This document shows, piece by piece, positions 18,207 through 27,990 of a stretch of DNA of 64,000 bases. Source of the stretch: an uncultured Clostridia bacterium. Lineage in GTDB: Bacteria > Bacillota > Clostridia > Christensenellales > UBA1242. The stretch covers positions 73,319-137,318 of the forward strand of contig CAKVGH010000002.1 of assembly GCA_934747255.1 (NCBI GenBank), given 5' to 3'. How positions within the stretch are numbered: position 1 is the first letter of the stretch; each line of letters starts with the position of its first letter. Below the pieces are notes generated by a model. That model did no database searches. It worked only from the letters and a program-made list of their open reading frames with translations, and had not been told where the DNA came from. The position numbers and the translations under genes are program-made.

Positions 18207-18443
18207 ATGGAAGAATTAGTAAAATACATTGTTGAAAATTTGGTTAATAACAAGGAAGCAGTAAAAATTAGCACAGAAACTGACGGCGACAACGCAACAA
18301 TTAAGGTTGTTGTAGCCAAGGAAGATATGGGCAAAGTTATTGGCAAAAACGGTAAAATTGCACAAAGTATTCGTGCGATTGTAAAAACCGCATCAATTAG
18401 CCAAGATAACAAAACTCGCTACTTTGTAAAGTTTGAAGAATAA
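18207..18443 (+). CDS. ylqC: KH domain RNA-binding protein YlqC
   Basis: VAKEDMGKVIGKNGKIAQSIRAIV is a KH GxxG motif. Conserved position after rpsP. Confidence 0.85.
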   Translation: MEELVKYIVENLVNNKEAVKISTETDGDNATIKVVVAKEDMGKVIGKNGKIAQSIRAIVKTASISQDNKTRYFVKFEE

Positions 18444-18450
18444 CTTAAAT

Positions 18451-18481
18451 AAAAACACTATCAAATGATAGTGTTTTTTGT
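18451..18481 (+). terminator. intrinsic terminator after ylqC
   Basis: aacactatca / tgatagtgtt 10-bp stem followed by TTTTTT. Confidence 0.8.
18466..18481 (+). repeat. direct repeat copy 1 (TGATAGTGTTTTTTGT), 3' arm of the ylqC terminator
   Basis: Exact 16-mer, repeated at 19468-19483. Confidence 0.9.
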
Positions 18482-18555
18482 AATTAACAAAAAGTAACAT
18501 TGCCTTTAATGTGCTTTGTTGTTTTTTATTATGCCAATTTCAAAAGTGCTAATCC

Positions 18556-18584
18556 TTGACTATCTTTTCTAACAAGTGTATAAT
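18556..18584 (+). promoter_or_regulatory. near-consensus sigma-A promoter of the cassette gene
   Basis: TTGACT (18556-18561), 17 nt, TATAAT (18579-18584). Confidence 0.65.
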
Positions 18585-18619
18585 AATTATGTAAAAATCA
18601 AAAAAGCGAGGAATATGAA

Positions 18620-19327
18620 ATGAAAATTCAAGAATTACCAATCGAACAAAGAAATCAAGCATTGTTTTCTTACATTATGAATAATCTAAAAACAGGTGCA
18701 CTTAAACCAACTGTTTGTGCAAAGAGTGTTGCCGTTGATGCACACATAGTTACACCCGAAGAAGTTGGAAAAAAACATACTGTTTATAGTCATGGCAAAG
18801 TAGAAAAGCAAATTGAACTCACAGCAGATATGGTTCTTTTAACAACATTAGATTCACAAGGAAACCCAGTAATTGATGAAAATGGCAATACCAATACATA
18901 TGATATGAAACTTGCAAAATTTATGAAAACATATCCAAAACAAGTTGATGGCGGACACTTTGTCAAAGACCCATACACAAAGGGTTCGGTTATGATTGCT
19001 GTTTCCCTTCCTAAAAAACTAATTGCAGAAGGCATAACACTTTTGCCACCAGGTTGGGGTGGTTATGAAGGAACACTGATGCAAGATGGAGTAATTATGC
19101 TACCATTTGACCCAAATCTAAAATTGGAAGAGCAAATAAAAGAATGGGAAAAGCAGGGAGCGGATAAACTTGATTGGTATCCAAACAATGAGGCCAATAC
19201 ATATTCTCCTTGTGATAAGAATGGTACTTTTGAAAATGAAAATTTAAGAAAATTGTTTGAACAAGAAAAATCTTTTGAAGGCAATCCATACCAAAAATCA
19301 CAAGAAGATGCCGAACTTTACTGTTAA
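18620..19327 (+). CDS. hypothetical protein (235 aa, soluble)
   Basis: ORF with SD gcgagg, its own promoter and its own terminator. No recognisable family. Contains LPPGWGGYEGTLMQDG and a C-terminal acidic tail. Confidence 0.65.
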   Translation: MKIQELPIEQRNQALFSYIMNNLKTGALKPTVCAKSVAVDAHIVTPEEVGKKHTVYSHGKVEKQIELTADMVLLTTLDSQGNPVIDENGNTNTYDMKLAKFMKTYPKQVDGGHFVKDPYTKGSVMIAVSLPKKLIAEGITLLPPGWGGYEGTLMQDGVIMLPFDPNLKLEEQIKEWEKQGADKLDWYPNNEANTYSPCDKNGTFENENLRKLFEQEKSFEGNPYQKSQEDAELYC

Positions 19328-19348
19328 TTAAATTTATATTAAAAATAT

Positions 19349-19382
19349 CAATTTGCAATATTCTTGCAAATTGTTTTTTTTT
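19349..19382 (+). terminator. intrinsic terminator of the cassette gene
   Basis: Perfect 10-bp stem caatttgcaa (19349-19358) / ttgcaaattg (19364-19373) followed by 9 Ts. Confidence 0.85.
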
Positions 19383-19467
19383 GAGTATTTTTTATTTTGG
19401 ATTGATGCTTGAATTTACAAAAGAATTTATAGTTTGACAAACCTTTTTGTATTTGAAAAACTAAACT

Positions 19468-19483
19468 TTGATAGTGTTTTTTG
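19468..19483 (+). repeat. direct repeat copy 2 (TGATAGTGTTTTTTGT), no 5' hairpin arm
   Basis: Exact copy of 18466-18481, 1002 bp downstream. The preceding aaaaac...ttt weakly echoes the first copy but cannot fold. Confidence 0.9.
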
Positions 19484-19579
19484 TTGTAAAATATTTTATA
19501 CCAATTTGGTCTATTTTGTAAGGTGTAGATTTTTATTTGATATAATAAAAAAGTGCACAAAAGTAATAAAAGGAGAAAT

Positions 19580-19885
19580 ATGGAACAACAAAGTAATTTT
19601 ATTCAAACAAAACATCAGTCAAATTATCTTAAATTTAGTATTTTAGATATTTTATATCAGTTCTTTATGGACAACTATAAATACAGCAAGATAGATATGG
19701 AACGAAAAGAACAATTTAACCTTATAAAACAAGAATTTGAACAAAGTTTGACGGAAAAACAATTACAAGAATTTAAGACAATTTTTGTTATGCAAATTGA
19801 TTTTAATGATGTTGAACTTTATGATATGCTCAAATTTGCTTTTTTTCGTGGCAGAGAACTTTGTTACAAACAAAAAATAGATTAA
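19580..19885 (+). CDS. hypothetical small protein (101 aa)
   Basis: Start moved to the ATG at 19580 after aaaggag. No family recognised. Confidence 0.5.
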   Translation: MEQQSNFIQTKHQSNYLKFSILDILYQFFMDNYKYSKIDMERKEQFNLIKQEFEQSLTEKQLQEFKTIFVMQIDFNDVELYDMLKFAFFRGRELCYKQKID

Positions 19886-19892
19886 AATCTAT

Positions 19893-19921
19893 TTGACAAT
19901 CATTTTTTTAAGTGTTATCAT
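19893..19921 (+). promoter_or_regulatory. sigma-A promoter of the pheST leader
   Basis: TTGACA (19893-19898), 17 nt, TATCAT (19916-19921). Confidence 0.6.
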
Positions 19922-19927
19922 TTAATC

Positions 19928-20172
19928 GTATAAAAAGGCGTTAAGATAACATTTACAGTAGAACTAATGATGCTTAAAGAGAGTAGATACCAAGGGTTGA
20001 AAGTATCTATAAGACGAGTTTAGTTTGAATTTCGCTTGTTAGAGCCTGCTAGGAGAAATTTTAGCCGTATGCAAATCACGAAACGATTAAATTAAGGCGC
20101 AGTTTTGCGTAAAATAGGGTGGTACCACGAATATAATTCGTCCCTTGGTGTTTTTAGCCAAGGGATTTTTTA
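19928..20172 (+). promoter_or_regulatory. T-box leader (Phe specifier) controlling pheS-pheT
   Basis: Stem I elements aaagagagta and ggttgaaag are present. Candidate specifier UUC at 20031-20033 is followed by a purine. Conserved T-box sequence aatagGGTGGTACCACGaa sits at about 20112-20131. Terminator cccttgg / ccaaggg is followed by TTTTTT, ending about 20171. Confidence 0.85.
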
Positions 20173-20200
20173 TTTTTTGGTAAGTAAAAAGGAGTAAATT

Positions 20201-21229
20201 ATGTACGAAAAAATTGAACAAGTAAATCAAGAATACTTGCAAAAAATGGACACTATTGACAGTGTTGAACAACTGGAACAAGCAAAAGTTGAATTTTTGG
20301 GCAAAAAAGGTAAAATTACCGAACTCTTGCAAGGATTAAGAGATGTTGCAAGTGAAAACAGACGAGAAGTCGGTGCAAAAATTAACGAACTCAAACAAAA
20401 GGCAGAACAAAATTTTGCATCTATGTTAGAAAAAATTAAGGAAAGAGAACTTGAAAAGCAAATTGCAAATAGTGAACAGTATGATATAACAATGCCTATC
20501 AACAAACTTGAAGGCTCGCTTCATCCAATTACAATTGTACAAAAGCAGGTGGAAGAAGTTTTTAAGAGTATGGGATTTATTGTGGAAGACGGCAACGAAA
20601 TTGAAACCGAGTATAACAACTTTGAAGCGGTAAATGTGCCAAAAACACACCCAGCAAGAGATATGCAAGACACTTTCTGGCTATCTAATGGCGAAGTGTT
20701 AAAAACTCAAACAAGTGCTGGACAAAATCGTATTTTAAGAACTTATGGTGCTCCTTGCAAAGTAATTTTCCCGGGCAGATGTTTTAGAAACGAAAATGTT
20801 GATGCATCACACGAAAATACATTCTTCCAACTCGAAGGCATTATGGTTGGCGAAAACATTTCTATTGCTAACCTAATTTACTTTATGAAACAAATGCTTT
20901 CCAATGTATTTAATCAAGACATAAAAGTTAGATTAAGACCAGGGTATTTCCCATTCACAGAGCCTAGTTTTGAACTTGATGCAAGCTGTATGTTCTGTGG
21001 TGGAAAAGGTTGTCCAACTTGCAAAAATGGTGGTTGGATTGAACTTTGTCCTTGCGGAATGATTCACCCAAAAGTACTAAAAATGGGTGGTATTGATACC
21101 GATAAATATCAAGGTTTTGCGTTTGGTCTTGGACTAACTCGTCTTGCTATGATGAAATATGGTATCAACGAAATTAGATACCTAAATTCTGGAAACATTA
21201 AACTTTTGAAACAAACAGGTACAAAATAG
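20201..21229 (+). CDS. pheS: phenylalanine--tRNA ligase alpha subunit
   Basis: Class II aaRS motifs HPARDMQDTFW, FRNENVDASHENTFFQLEG and GFAFGLGLTRLAM. Confidence 0.95.
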   Translation: MYEKIEQVNQEYLQKMDTIDSVEQLEQAKVEFLGKKGKITELLQGLRDVASENRREVGAKINELKQKAEQNFASMLEKIKERELEKQIANSEQYDITMPINKLEGSLHPITIVQKQVEEVFKSMGFIVEDGNEIETEYNNFEAVNVPKTHPARDMQDTFWLSNGEVLKTQTSAGQNRILRTYGAPCKVIFPGRCFRNENVDASHENTFFQLEGIMVGENISIANLIYFMKQMLSNVFNQDIKVRLRPGYFPFTEPSFELDASCMFCGGKGCPTCKNGGWIELCPCGMIHPKVLKMGGIDTDKYQGFAFGLGLTRLAMMKYGINEIRYLNSGNIKLLKQTGTK

Positions 21230-21240
21230 GAGATTAAATT

Positions 21241-23613
21241 ATGAAAATTAGTATGAAATGGATTGGCGATTATGTTGATTTAAGTGGCGTTGACCTTGAC
21301 GATTTAATCACCAAATTTGGACTACGAACAGCTGAAGTGGAAGATGTTTACCAAGTCGGCAAAGATATTAGTGGTGTTATTGTTGCTAGAATTTTGGAAG
21401 TTAATCCACACCCAAATAGCACGCATCTTCACAAGTTAAAAGTAGACACAGGAAAAGAAGTTTTGGACATTGTTTGTGGCGCTCCAAATGTTAGACCAAA
21501 TATGAAAGTTGCTCTTGCAACAATCGGTGGTAGTGTTAAAGGTATGAAAATAGAAAAAGCCGTTATCGCTGGCGAAGAAAGTTATGGAATGTGCTGTTCC
21601 AAGGAAGAATTAGGTTTTAGCGAAGGCGACAAAGGTATTTGGGAAGTTCAAGATGCTTTACCACTAGGAACAGATATTAAAACTGTTTACGACCTAGAAG
21701 ACACAATTTTTGAAGTGGACAACAAGAGTTTGACAAACAGACCAGACCTTTGGTGTCACTACGGCATTGCGAGAGAGATTTCGGCAATACTTGATAGACC
21801 ATTAAGACCAATCGTAACCGAAAATTTGCAGTATTATGCTCAAAACGGAATGGTTGACATTGATGTTCAAAGCGATAATTGTTATCGTTATAGTGCCTTA
21901 AAGGTAGGCAATGTAACAAAAAAAGTCAGCCCAATAGGGGTAGAAATTCGACTATTTTATTGCGGAATGAGAGCAATCAATTTGCTTGCAGATATAACAA
22001 ACTATGTAATGCTCGATGTTGGTCAGCCAATGCACGCATTTGACGGCGATAAAGTAAAGAACATTCAAGTAAAAGATGTGCGTGGCGAAGTCGAATTTCA
22101 AACATTAGACGGCGAAAAACGAATTTTACCAACAGATTCTTGTGTAATTTGTTCCAATAATCAACCTGTTGCAGTCGCTGGCGTTATGGGTGGACTTGAT
22201 AGTGAAATTACAGATAATACTAAAATTTTATTGCTCGAAAGTGCTTGCTTTGACCCAACAAGTATTAGAAAAACCGCTCAAAAATTGGGTATGAGAACAG
22301 AAGCAAGTGCTAGATATGAAAAATCACTTGACCCAGAATTAACAACTCTTGCTATTGGCAGATTTGTTCATATTTTGCGTAGTGTTGACCCACAAATTAC
22401 AATTCAAAGTTCGCTAACCGATGTATATAGCAAGCACTATCCAGAACGCAATATTTCAACTACTATGGAGTTTATTAACAACTATGTTGGAATTACTTTC
22501 AAGCCTGAACAAGTGGGCAAAATATTAACAAATTTAGGTTTTAGAGTAGATTACAATGGCAGTATTTTGTCTATCAAAGTACCATCATTTAGAGCAACAA
22601 AAGATGTAACCATTCCAGTTGATATTGTAGAAGAAGTGGCAAGAATGTATGGCTACGACAATATTCCACAAATTCCAGTTCAAGCATGTTTGAATCCTGT
22701 TCATCAATCGCCAGAACATTTGATGGAATATGACACAAAAAAATTGCTTGCTGAAAAATTTGGACTAAACGAAATTCACACTTACATTTGGAATGATGTT
22801 AAAACAAACAAAGACTTACTTTTAGATACTCACGGCTATGTAAAAGTGTTAAACTCAACAGTAAAAGATAATGACGAAATAAGAGCCGAACTTGTGCCAT
22901 CACTACTAAAAGTAGTGATTGATAACTACAAACAAGATGCTAACATTGGTATTTTTGAAATCGGTAGAGTTTGCACAGGACTTGATAGTGAAAATTTGGC
23001 TATTGAAGAAAAGCACCTTGCAGTTGTACTTACTAGCGATACAAGAAGTGAAAAAGACCTTTACTTTGAACTCAAAAATATGCTTGAAAACATTGTTGAT
23101 ACAGAAGTAAAAAACACTGTAAAATACATTATGCTTCAAGCAAAAAGCAAACTTGTTCATCCAAAAAACAATGCCGAAATCATTGTGGGAGATAAGTCGG
23201 TGGGCTATTTAGCACTATTGCACCCAAAATCAACTCAAAAATTGGGTAAAAATATGAAAGTTGCCATTATGGAAATTAACTTTTCAAAACTATGTGGACA
23301 ACAAAAACAATCATCAAAATTAGAGCAAGTTACAAAATATCAAGTAAACCAACTTGACTTAAATTTTGTTGTTGACAAAAACACAATTTATCAAAATGTT
23401 TACGATATATTGTCGTCTTACAAAACCGACCTTGACTATACCGTAAAACTTGTAGATGTTTACGAAGACAGCATTTTGCTTGCTGGTAAAAAGAGTATGA
23501 CATTTAAGTTTGAAATATCATCAAAAACTCATACTTTAACTGGTGACGAAATTGACTCATTCCAAACAGATATGATTAGTCTTGCCGAAAATCACGGCTT
23601 TAGATTGAGATAA
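21241..23613 (+). CDS. pheT: phenylalanine--tRNA ligase beta subunit
   Basis: N-terminal tRNA-binding domain, B3/4 and B5 domains, and a C-terminal FDX-ACB domain. Follows pheS. Confidence 0.95.
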   Translation: MKISMKWIGDYVDLSGVDLDDLITKFGLRTAEVEDVYQVGKDISGVIVARILEVNPHPNSTHLHKLKVDTGKEVLDIVCGAPNVRPNMKVALATIGGSVKGMKIEKAVIAGEESYGMCCSKEELGFSEGDKGIWEVQDALPLGTDIKTVYDLEDTIFEVDNKSLTNRPDLWCHYGIAREISAILDRPLRPIVTENLQYYAQNGMVDIDVQSDNCYRYSALKVGNVTKKVSPIGVEIRLFYCGMRAINLLADITNYVMLDVGQPMHAFDGDKVKNIQVKDVRGEVEFQTLDGEKRILPTDSCVICSNNQPVAVAGVMGGLDSEITDNTKILLLESACFDPTSIRKTAQKLGMRTEASARYEKSLDPELTTLAIGRFVHILRSVDPQITIQSSLTDVYSKHYPERNISTTMEFINNYVGITFKPEQVGKILTNLGFRVDYNGSILSIKVPSFRATKDVTIPVDIVEEVARMYGYDNIPQIPVQACLNPVHQSPEHLMEYDTKKLLAEKFGLNEIHTYIWNDVKTNKDLLLDTHGYVKVLNSTVKDNDEIRAELVPSLLKVVIDNYKQDANIGIFEIGRVCTGLDSENLAIEEKHLAVVLTSDTRSEKDLYFELKNMLENIVDTEVKNTVKYIMLQAKSKLVHPKNNAEIIVGDKSVGYLALLHPKSTQKLGKNMKVAIMEINFSKLCGQQKQSSKLEQVTKYQVNQLDLNFVVDKNTIYQNVYDILSSYKTDLDYTVKLVDVYEDSILLAGKKSMTFKFEISSKTHTLTGDEIDSFQTDMISLAENHGFRLR

Positions 23614-23624
23614 TTTGTTAGTTA

Positions 23625-23652
23625 AAAACCGCTTATTTTGGCGGTTTTTTTT
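23625..23652 (+). terminator. intrinsic terminator after pheT
   Basis: aaccgc...gcggtt hairpin followed by an 8-T run. Confidence 0.7.
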
Positions 23653-23741
23653 GTTTATATAATTATACTTTGTGTGTAATCAAACTTAAAAGTTTGCGTT
23701 TTTAATTTATTTGTGCAATAATTTATACGGAGAAATATTCA

Positions 23742-24443
23742 ATGAAAATTTTTGCAATAAGCGATTTGCATTTATCTATAAACACTAACAAGCCAATGAA
23801 CATTTTTGGACCAGTTTGGGAGAATTATTGGGAAGCCATTTGCCAAGATTGGTCGCAAAAAGTGAGTGATGATGACATTGTTTTAATAGCCGGCGATATT
23901 AGTTGGGGAATGAAATTAGACGAAGCAATCGAAGATATTAAGGAAATTGCCAAGTTAAAAGGCAAAAAAATTTTGACTCGTGGCAATCACGATTATTGGT
24001 GGAAAAGTATTTCGGCAATAAGAAATAGTTTGCCAGAAAATATTTATGCACTACAAAATGATGCCATAAAGTTTGGTAATTACATAATTTGTGGAACTCG
24101 TGGTTGGACTGTTCCAGAAACGCTTGACCAACAAACCGAAGAAGATAAAAAGTTGTACGCAAGAGAAGTAATTAGACTTGAATTATCGTTAAAATCTGCT
24201 CTAGATTTGAAAACCGAAAACGACCATATTATTTGTATGATACACTACCCACCTTTTAATGCAAAAACAGAAGATAGTGAATTTACAAAACTATTTGAAA
24301 AATATGGAGTAGAAAAGGTTATTTACGGACACCTTCACGGCAAAGGTGGTAGAACTATTATTCAAAATAATAAAAATGGTATAGATTACTACTTAACTTC
24401 GTGCGATAAAGTTCAAAACAAACTTGTCACTATTATAGAATAA
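23742..24443 (+). CDS. metallophosphoesterase family protein
   Basis: Calcineurin-like motifs ISDLHL, AGDISW, RGNHDYWW, HYPP and GHLHG. Confidence 0.8.
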   Translation: MKIFAISDLHLSINTNKPMNIFGPVWENYWEAICQDWSQKVSDDDIVLIAGDISWGMKLDEAIEDIKEIAKLKGKKILTRGNHDYWWKSISAIRNSLPENIYALQNDAIKFGNYIICGTRGWTVPETLDQQTEEDKKLYAREVIRLELSLKSALDLKTENDHIICMIHYPPFNAKTEDSEFTKLFEKYGVEKVIYGHLHGKGGRTIIQNNKNGIDYYLTSCDKVQNKLVTIIE

Positions 24444-24454
24444 AGGAGAAAACA

Positions 24455-25387
24455 ATGGAGTTTAGACACACACCCATAATGCTTAATGAAGTAATTGACG
24501 GGCTTAACATAAAACCAAATGGCGTTTATTTTGACGGCACATTGGGTGGCGCTGGGCATAGTAGTGAAATACTAAAACGATTAACAACTGGCTTACTGAT
24601 TGGCTGTGATAAAGATAGTGAAGCACTTGCAGTTAGTGACAAAAGACTTAATGAGATTAGTTCTCATTACAAATTGGTTCACAATGACTACAAAAATTAT
24701 GCTCAAATTATAAAAGATTTGGGCTTGCAAGCAGTTGACGGAATTTTACTTGATTTGGGTGTGAGTTCTTATCAACTAGATAATAGCGAAAGGGGTTTTT
24801 CTTATCGCTATAATGCACCACTTGATATGCGAATGGACAGAGATAGTTTTCTAACAGCAAAGCAAGTTGTTAATACTTATTCTCAAAAAGAATTGGAACA
24901 TATTTTGTTTGCTTATGGAGAAGAACCATTTTCCAAGCAAATTGCAAAAAATATCGTCCTAAAAAGGCAAGAAAAACCTATCGAAACCACTTTTAATTTG
25001 GTAGATATTATAAAACAAAGTTTGCCAGAAAAAGTTCTTCGCAGTAAAGGTCACCCAGCCAAACGAACATTTCAAGCAATAAGAATTGAAGTCAACGGGG
25101 AATTAAAGGACCTTGAAAACACTTTGAAAGATATGATTGCTAGTTTGAATAAGGGCGGTAGAATTGCTGTTATAACTTTCCATAGCCTAGAAGATAGAAT
25201 TGTAAAAAATGTTTTCAAAGATGCAACAATAGATTGCATTTGTCCAAAGGAATTTCCAGTTTGTGTTTGCTCGCATCGTGCAACGCTAAAATTAGTCAAC
25301 AAAAAGCCACTAGAAGCATCACAGTTAGAGCAACAGGAAAATACACGCAGTCAGTGTGCAAAACTGCGTATTGCCGAAAAAATTTAG
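24455..25387 (+). CDS. rsmH: 16S rRNA (cytosine1402-N4)-methyltransferase
   Basis: HTPIMLNEV, DGTLGGAGHS, LLDLGVSSYQLD and FHSLEDRIVK. Confidence 0.95.
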   Translation: MEFRHTPIMLNEVIDGLNIKPNGVYFDGTLGGAGHSSEILKRLTTGLLIGCDKDSEALAVSDKRLNEISSHYKLVHNDYKNYAQIIKDLGLQAVDGILLDLGVSSYQLDNSERGFSYRYNAPLDMRMDRDSFLTAKQVVNTYSQKELEHILFAYGEEPFSKQIAKNIVLKRQEKPIETTFNLVDIIKQSLPEKVLRSKGHPAKRTFQAIRIEVNGELKDLENTLKDMIASLNKGGRIAVITFHSLEDRIVKNVFKDATIDCICPKEFPVCVCSHRATLKLVNKKPLEASQLEQQENTRSQCAKLRIAEKI

Positions 25388-25426
25388 TCGATTTATCATA
25401 AAAATTTTTGAAAAGGAGTATAATGT

Positions 25427-26077
25427 ATGGAACACGAAAATGACATCTTGACTGTTGAAAAACCAACAACCACGCAAGAACATTTATACGAGAAAAAGAG
25501 TATTGAAAACCCTACAATGCAAAGGGAATACTCTAAATTTACTGATTACTCTAACGAAAAAACAAAAAAGGACTATGAGGAGTTTGAAATTATTCAAACA
25601 TACAAGCCAAAATTAAAGCAAAGACAACAACCAAACAAAGATTTTCAAGCATTACTAGACGAACAAAATAACTTTGAACCTAGTAAGGAAACTTTTGTTT
25701 ACGAAAAGGTAAAACCGCAAAAAAAATTAAAGCGTACAAGCAAAATTTTCGTTGTTGTTTGCTGTGCTATTGCTCTTTTAATGGGAACGCTTGGTATCGT
25801 AAATGCTGTTAAAATTAACGACTTAAATTTTTCCAATGTATCTACTGGCGAAAAAATCGCCAATGTTGGTAAAGAAATAGTTAAAATTGACCAAGTAATT
25901 GAAGGAATGACCAGCGAAGGCACTATTAAAGACGAAGGCACTGAAGGTGGTATGGAACAAGTTACAGTAAAAACCGAAATTGACTTGATAGAAAAAAACA
26001 AACTTCCTCAGCAAGAAAAAAAGACCAACTTTTTTGATAAGATTTGTAATTTTTTTAACTCGCTTTTTGGAGGCTAA
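25427..26077 (+). CDS. single-pass membrane protein at the FtsL position of the dcw cluster
   Basis: 216 aa: cytoplasmic N-terminus, one TM (IFVVVCCAIALLMGTLGIVNAV) and a short external coiled region. Lies between rsmH and the PBP gene. Sequence itself is not recognisably FtsL. Confidence 0.5.
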   Translation: MEHENDILTVEKPTTTQEHLYEKKSIENPTMQREYSKFTDYSNEKTKKDYEEFEIIQTYKPKLKQRQQPNKDFQALLDEQNNFEPSKETFVYEKVKPQKKLKRTSKIFVVVCCAIALLMGTLGIVNAVKINDLNFSNVSTGEKIANVGKEIVKIDQVIEGMTSEGTIKDEGTEGGMEQVTVKTEIDLIEKNKLPQQEKKTNFFDKICNFFNSLFGG

Positions 26078-26079
26078 AA

Positions 26080-27990
26080 TTGAATACAATTCACTCAACA
26101 CTTTCTATACAAAAGAGGCTAATAACAAGTTTTATGTTAATAGCCTCTCTTTTTATTTTATTATTTGGCAGACTATTTTATCTGCAAGTTTTTTTGGGCA
26201 AAACACTTCAATCTCGGGCAGAAGAACAATGGACAAGGGACTTGCCACTTTCGGCGTCTCGTGGCGTTATTAGGGACAGAAATGGCGTAGAACTAGCGGT
26301 TAGTTATACGAGTTTTGATGTTTATGTTAGACCAAGCAATGTAGTCAATCCCGAAGCAGTTGCAAATGCTCTTTCAACGATTTTAGGAGTAGATTACGAT
26401 TCTGTGCTAAAAAAAGCCAGCAACAAAAAAATAAGTGAACATTTAATTAAACTATCCGTTGAACAAGAAGTTGTTGATAAAATAAAAGCCACCAAACAAA
26501 AAGGTATTTATTTTAGTGAAAACACAAAAAGATATTATCCGTTTGGCGATTTATTATCGCAGGTATTAGGTTACACAACTATTGACAATATTGGTCAGGC
26601 GGGATTGGAACTATATTATGATAAATACTTAAAAGGAATAGATGGTTACTCGCTTGTGCAAAGTGATATTCGTGGTGGCGAACTTGATAACACACTTGAT
26701 AGTTATGTTAGTAGTATCGCGGGGTGCGATTTAACTTTGACCATTGACTATAAAATACAGCAATTTTGTGAGCAAGCAGCCGAACAAATTATGATTGACC
26801 ATAAGCCCAAGAGTGCAAGTATTATTGTAATGGAAGTTAATACTGGCGAAATTCTGGCTATGACTAACAAGCCTAGTTTTTCACTTAACGATATTCCAAG
26901 AGATGATGTGTCATACCTAAATAAAACATCAAAAAACCTAAATATTGTTGATGTATACGAACCGGGTTCAACTTTCAAGGTACTAACAACTGCTGCTGCA
27001 CTTGAAGAAAAAGTCACAAGTCTTAATGACGGTTTTTATGACCCGGGGTATAGAATTGTTGATGGGCAAAGAATAAATTGTTGGCGTCTTCACGGTCACG
27101 GCAGTCAAACAATGGTTGACGGGCTTTGTAACAGTTGTAACAGTGTTTTTGTTGATTTATCATTAAGACTCGGCGAAGAGAGAATGTATGAGTATTTTGA
27201 CAAATACGGCTTTGGTAGTTTAACGGGAGTCGATTTTGCAGGCGAAAGTGCGGGAATTGTTATGGATAGAGATACAGCACAAAAAGTTGATCTTGCTCGT
27301 ATGGGTTTTGGTCAAGCGATTGCTGTAACCCCGCTTCAACTAATTAGGGCAGAATGTTCGGTGTTTAATGGCGGAATTTTAATGCAACCATATTTTGTAA
27401 AATCAATTTCAAATAGTTACAATAATTATATAAATGAATTTTCGCCAACGCAGGTTAGACGAACAGTTAGCCAAAAAACAAGTGATGAAATCAATTATAT
27501 GATGGAACAAGTTATAGTCAAAGCAAACGCAATAAATGCCTTTATTCCGGGATACAGAGTAGGTGGCAAAACAGGAACGAGCCAAAAGTACGAAGACGGA
27601 AAAATCAACGGCAAATATATTGCTTCGTTTATAGGGTCATTTCCAGCCGACAAGCCTGAATATGCCATTTTAGTTGTAGTAGATGAGCCATCTAGCGGTG
27701 CTTATTATGGTAGTATTGTTGCCACACCTTATGCTAAAACAGTTTTGGAAGGTATTATTGATTACAAGCAAATTCCGCCAACAGAAGACATTGTTGAGCA
27801 GACAAGTGCTATGGCGCTTAATATAGAAATGCCAAATCTTATTGGTAAAACTTTATCACAAGCGATTTATATAATTGAACAACTTGGCTTGCAGTATGAA
27901 TGTGACGGCGAGGGTGGAATTATAAAGAGTCAATATCCACAAGCGGGTACAATGATGTTTAAGAAAGGCATTGTTGTATTAGGAATGTAA
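26080..27990 (+). CDS. class B penicillin-binding protein (FtsI/SpoVD-like) with C-terminal PASTA domain
   Basis: TTG start 8 nt after ggagg. Transpeptidase motifs STFK, SCN and KTGT are present, with one PASTA-like domain at the C-terminus. Confidence 0.9.
   Translation: MNTIHSTLSIQKRLITSFMLIASLFILLFGRLFYLQVFLGKTLQSRAEEQWTRDLPLSASRGVIRDRNGVELAVSYTSFDVYVRPSNVVNPEAVANALSTILGVDYDSVLKKASNKKISEHLIKLSVEQEVVDKIKATKQKGIYFSENTKRYYPFGDLLSQVLGYTTIDNIGQAGLELYYDKYLKGIDGYSLVQSDIRGGELDNTLDSYVSSIAGCDLTLTIDYKIQQFCEQAAEQIMIDHKPKSASIIVMEVNTGEILAMTNKPSFSLNDIPRDDVSYLNKTSKNLNIVDVYEPGSTFKVLTTAAALEEKVTSLNDGFYDPGYRIVDGQRINCWRLHGHGSQTMVDGLCNSCNSVFVDLSLRLGEERMYEYFDKYGFGSLTGVDFAGESAGIVMDRDTAQKVDLARMGFGQAIAVTPLQLIRAECSVFNGGILMQPYFVKSISNSYNNYINEFSPTQVRRTVSQKTSDEINYMMEQVIVKANAINAFIPGYRVGGKTGTSQKYEDGKINGKYIASFIGSFPADKPEYAILVVVDEPSSGAYYGSIVATPYAKTVLEGIIDYKQIPPTEDIVEQTSAMALNIEMPNLIGKTLSQAIYIIEQLGLQYECDGEGGIIKSQYPQAGTMMFKKGIVVLGM

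Noticed and set aside
18551-18561. An 11-nt identity, TAATCCTTGAC, shared by the cassette-gene promoter (18551-18561) and the rplU promoter (58159-58169).
   Set aside because: Only 5 nt extend beyond the TTGAC consensus and only one pair of promoters shares it. This is within chance expectation given the number of promoters, unlike the three-fold TGAGTATTGACA match.
19348-19646. Two overlapping 70-aa ORFs (19348-19560 on the minus strand, 19434-19646 on the plus strand) in the spacer after the cassette gene.
   Set aside because: They span a terminator and the direct repeat, lack an SD and give junk-like sequence. The better-supported gene is 19580-19885.
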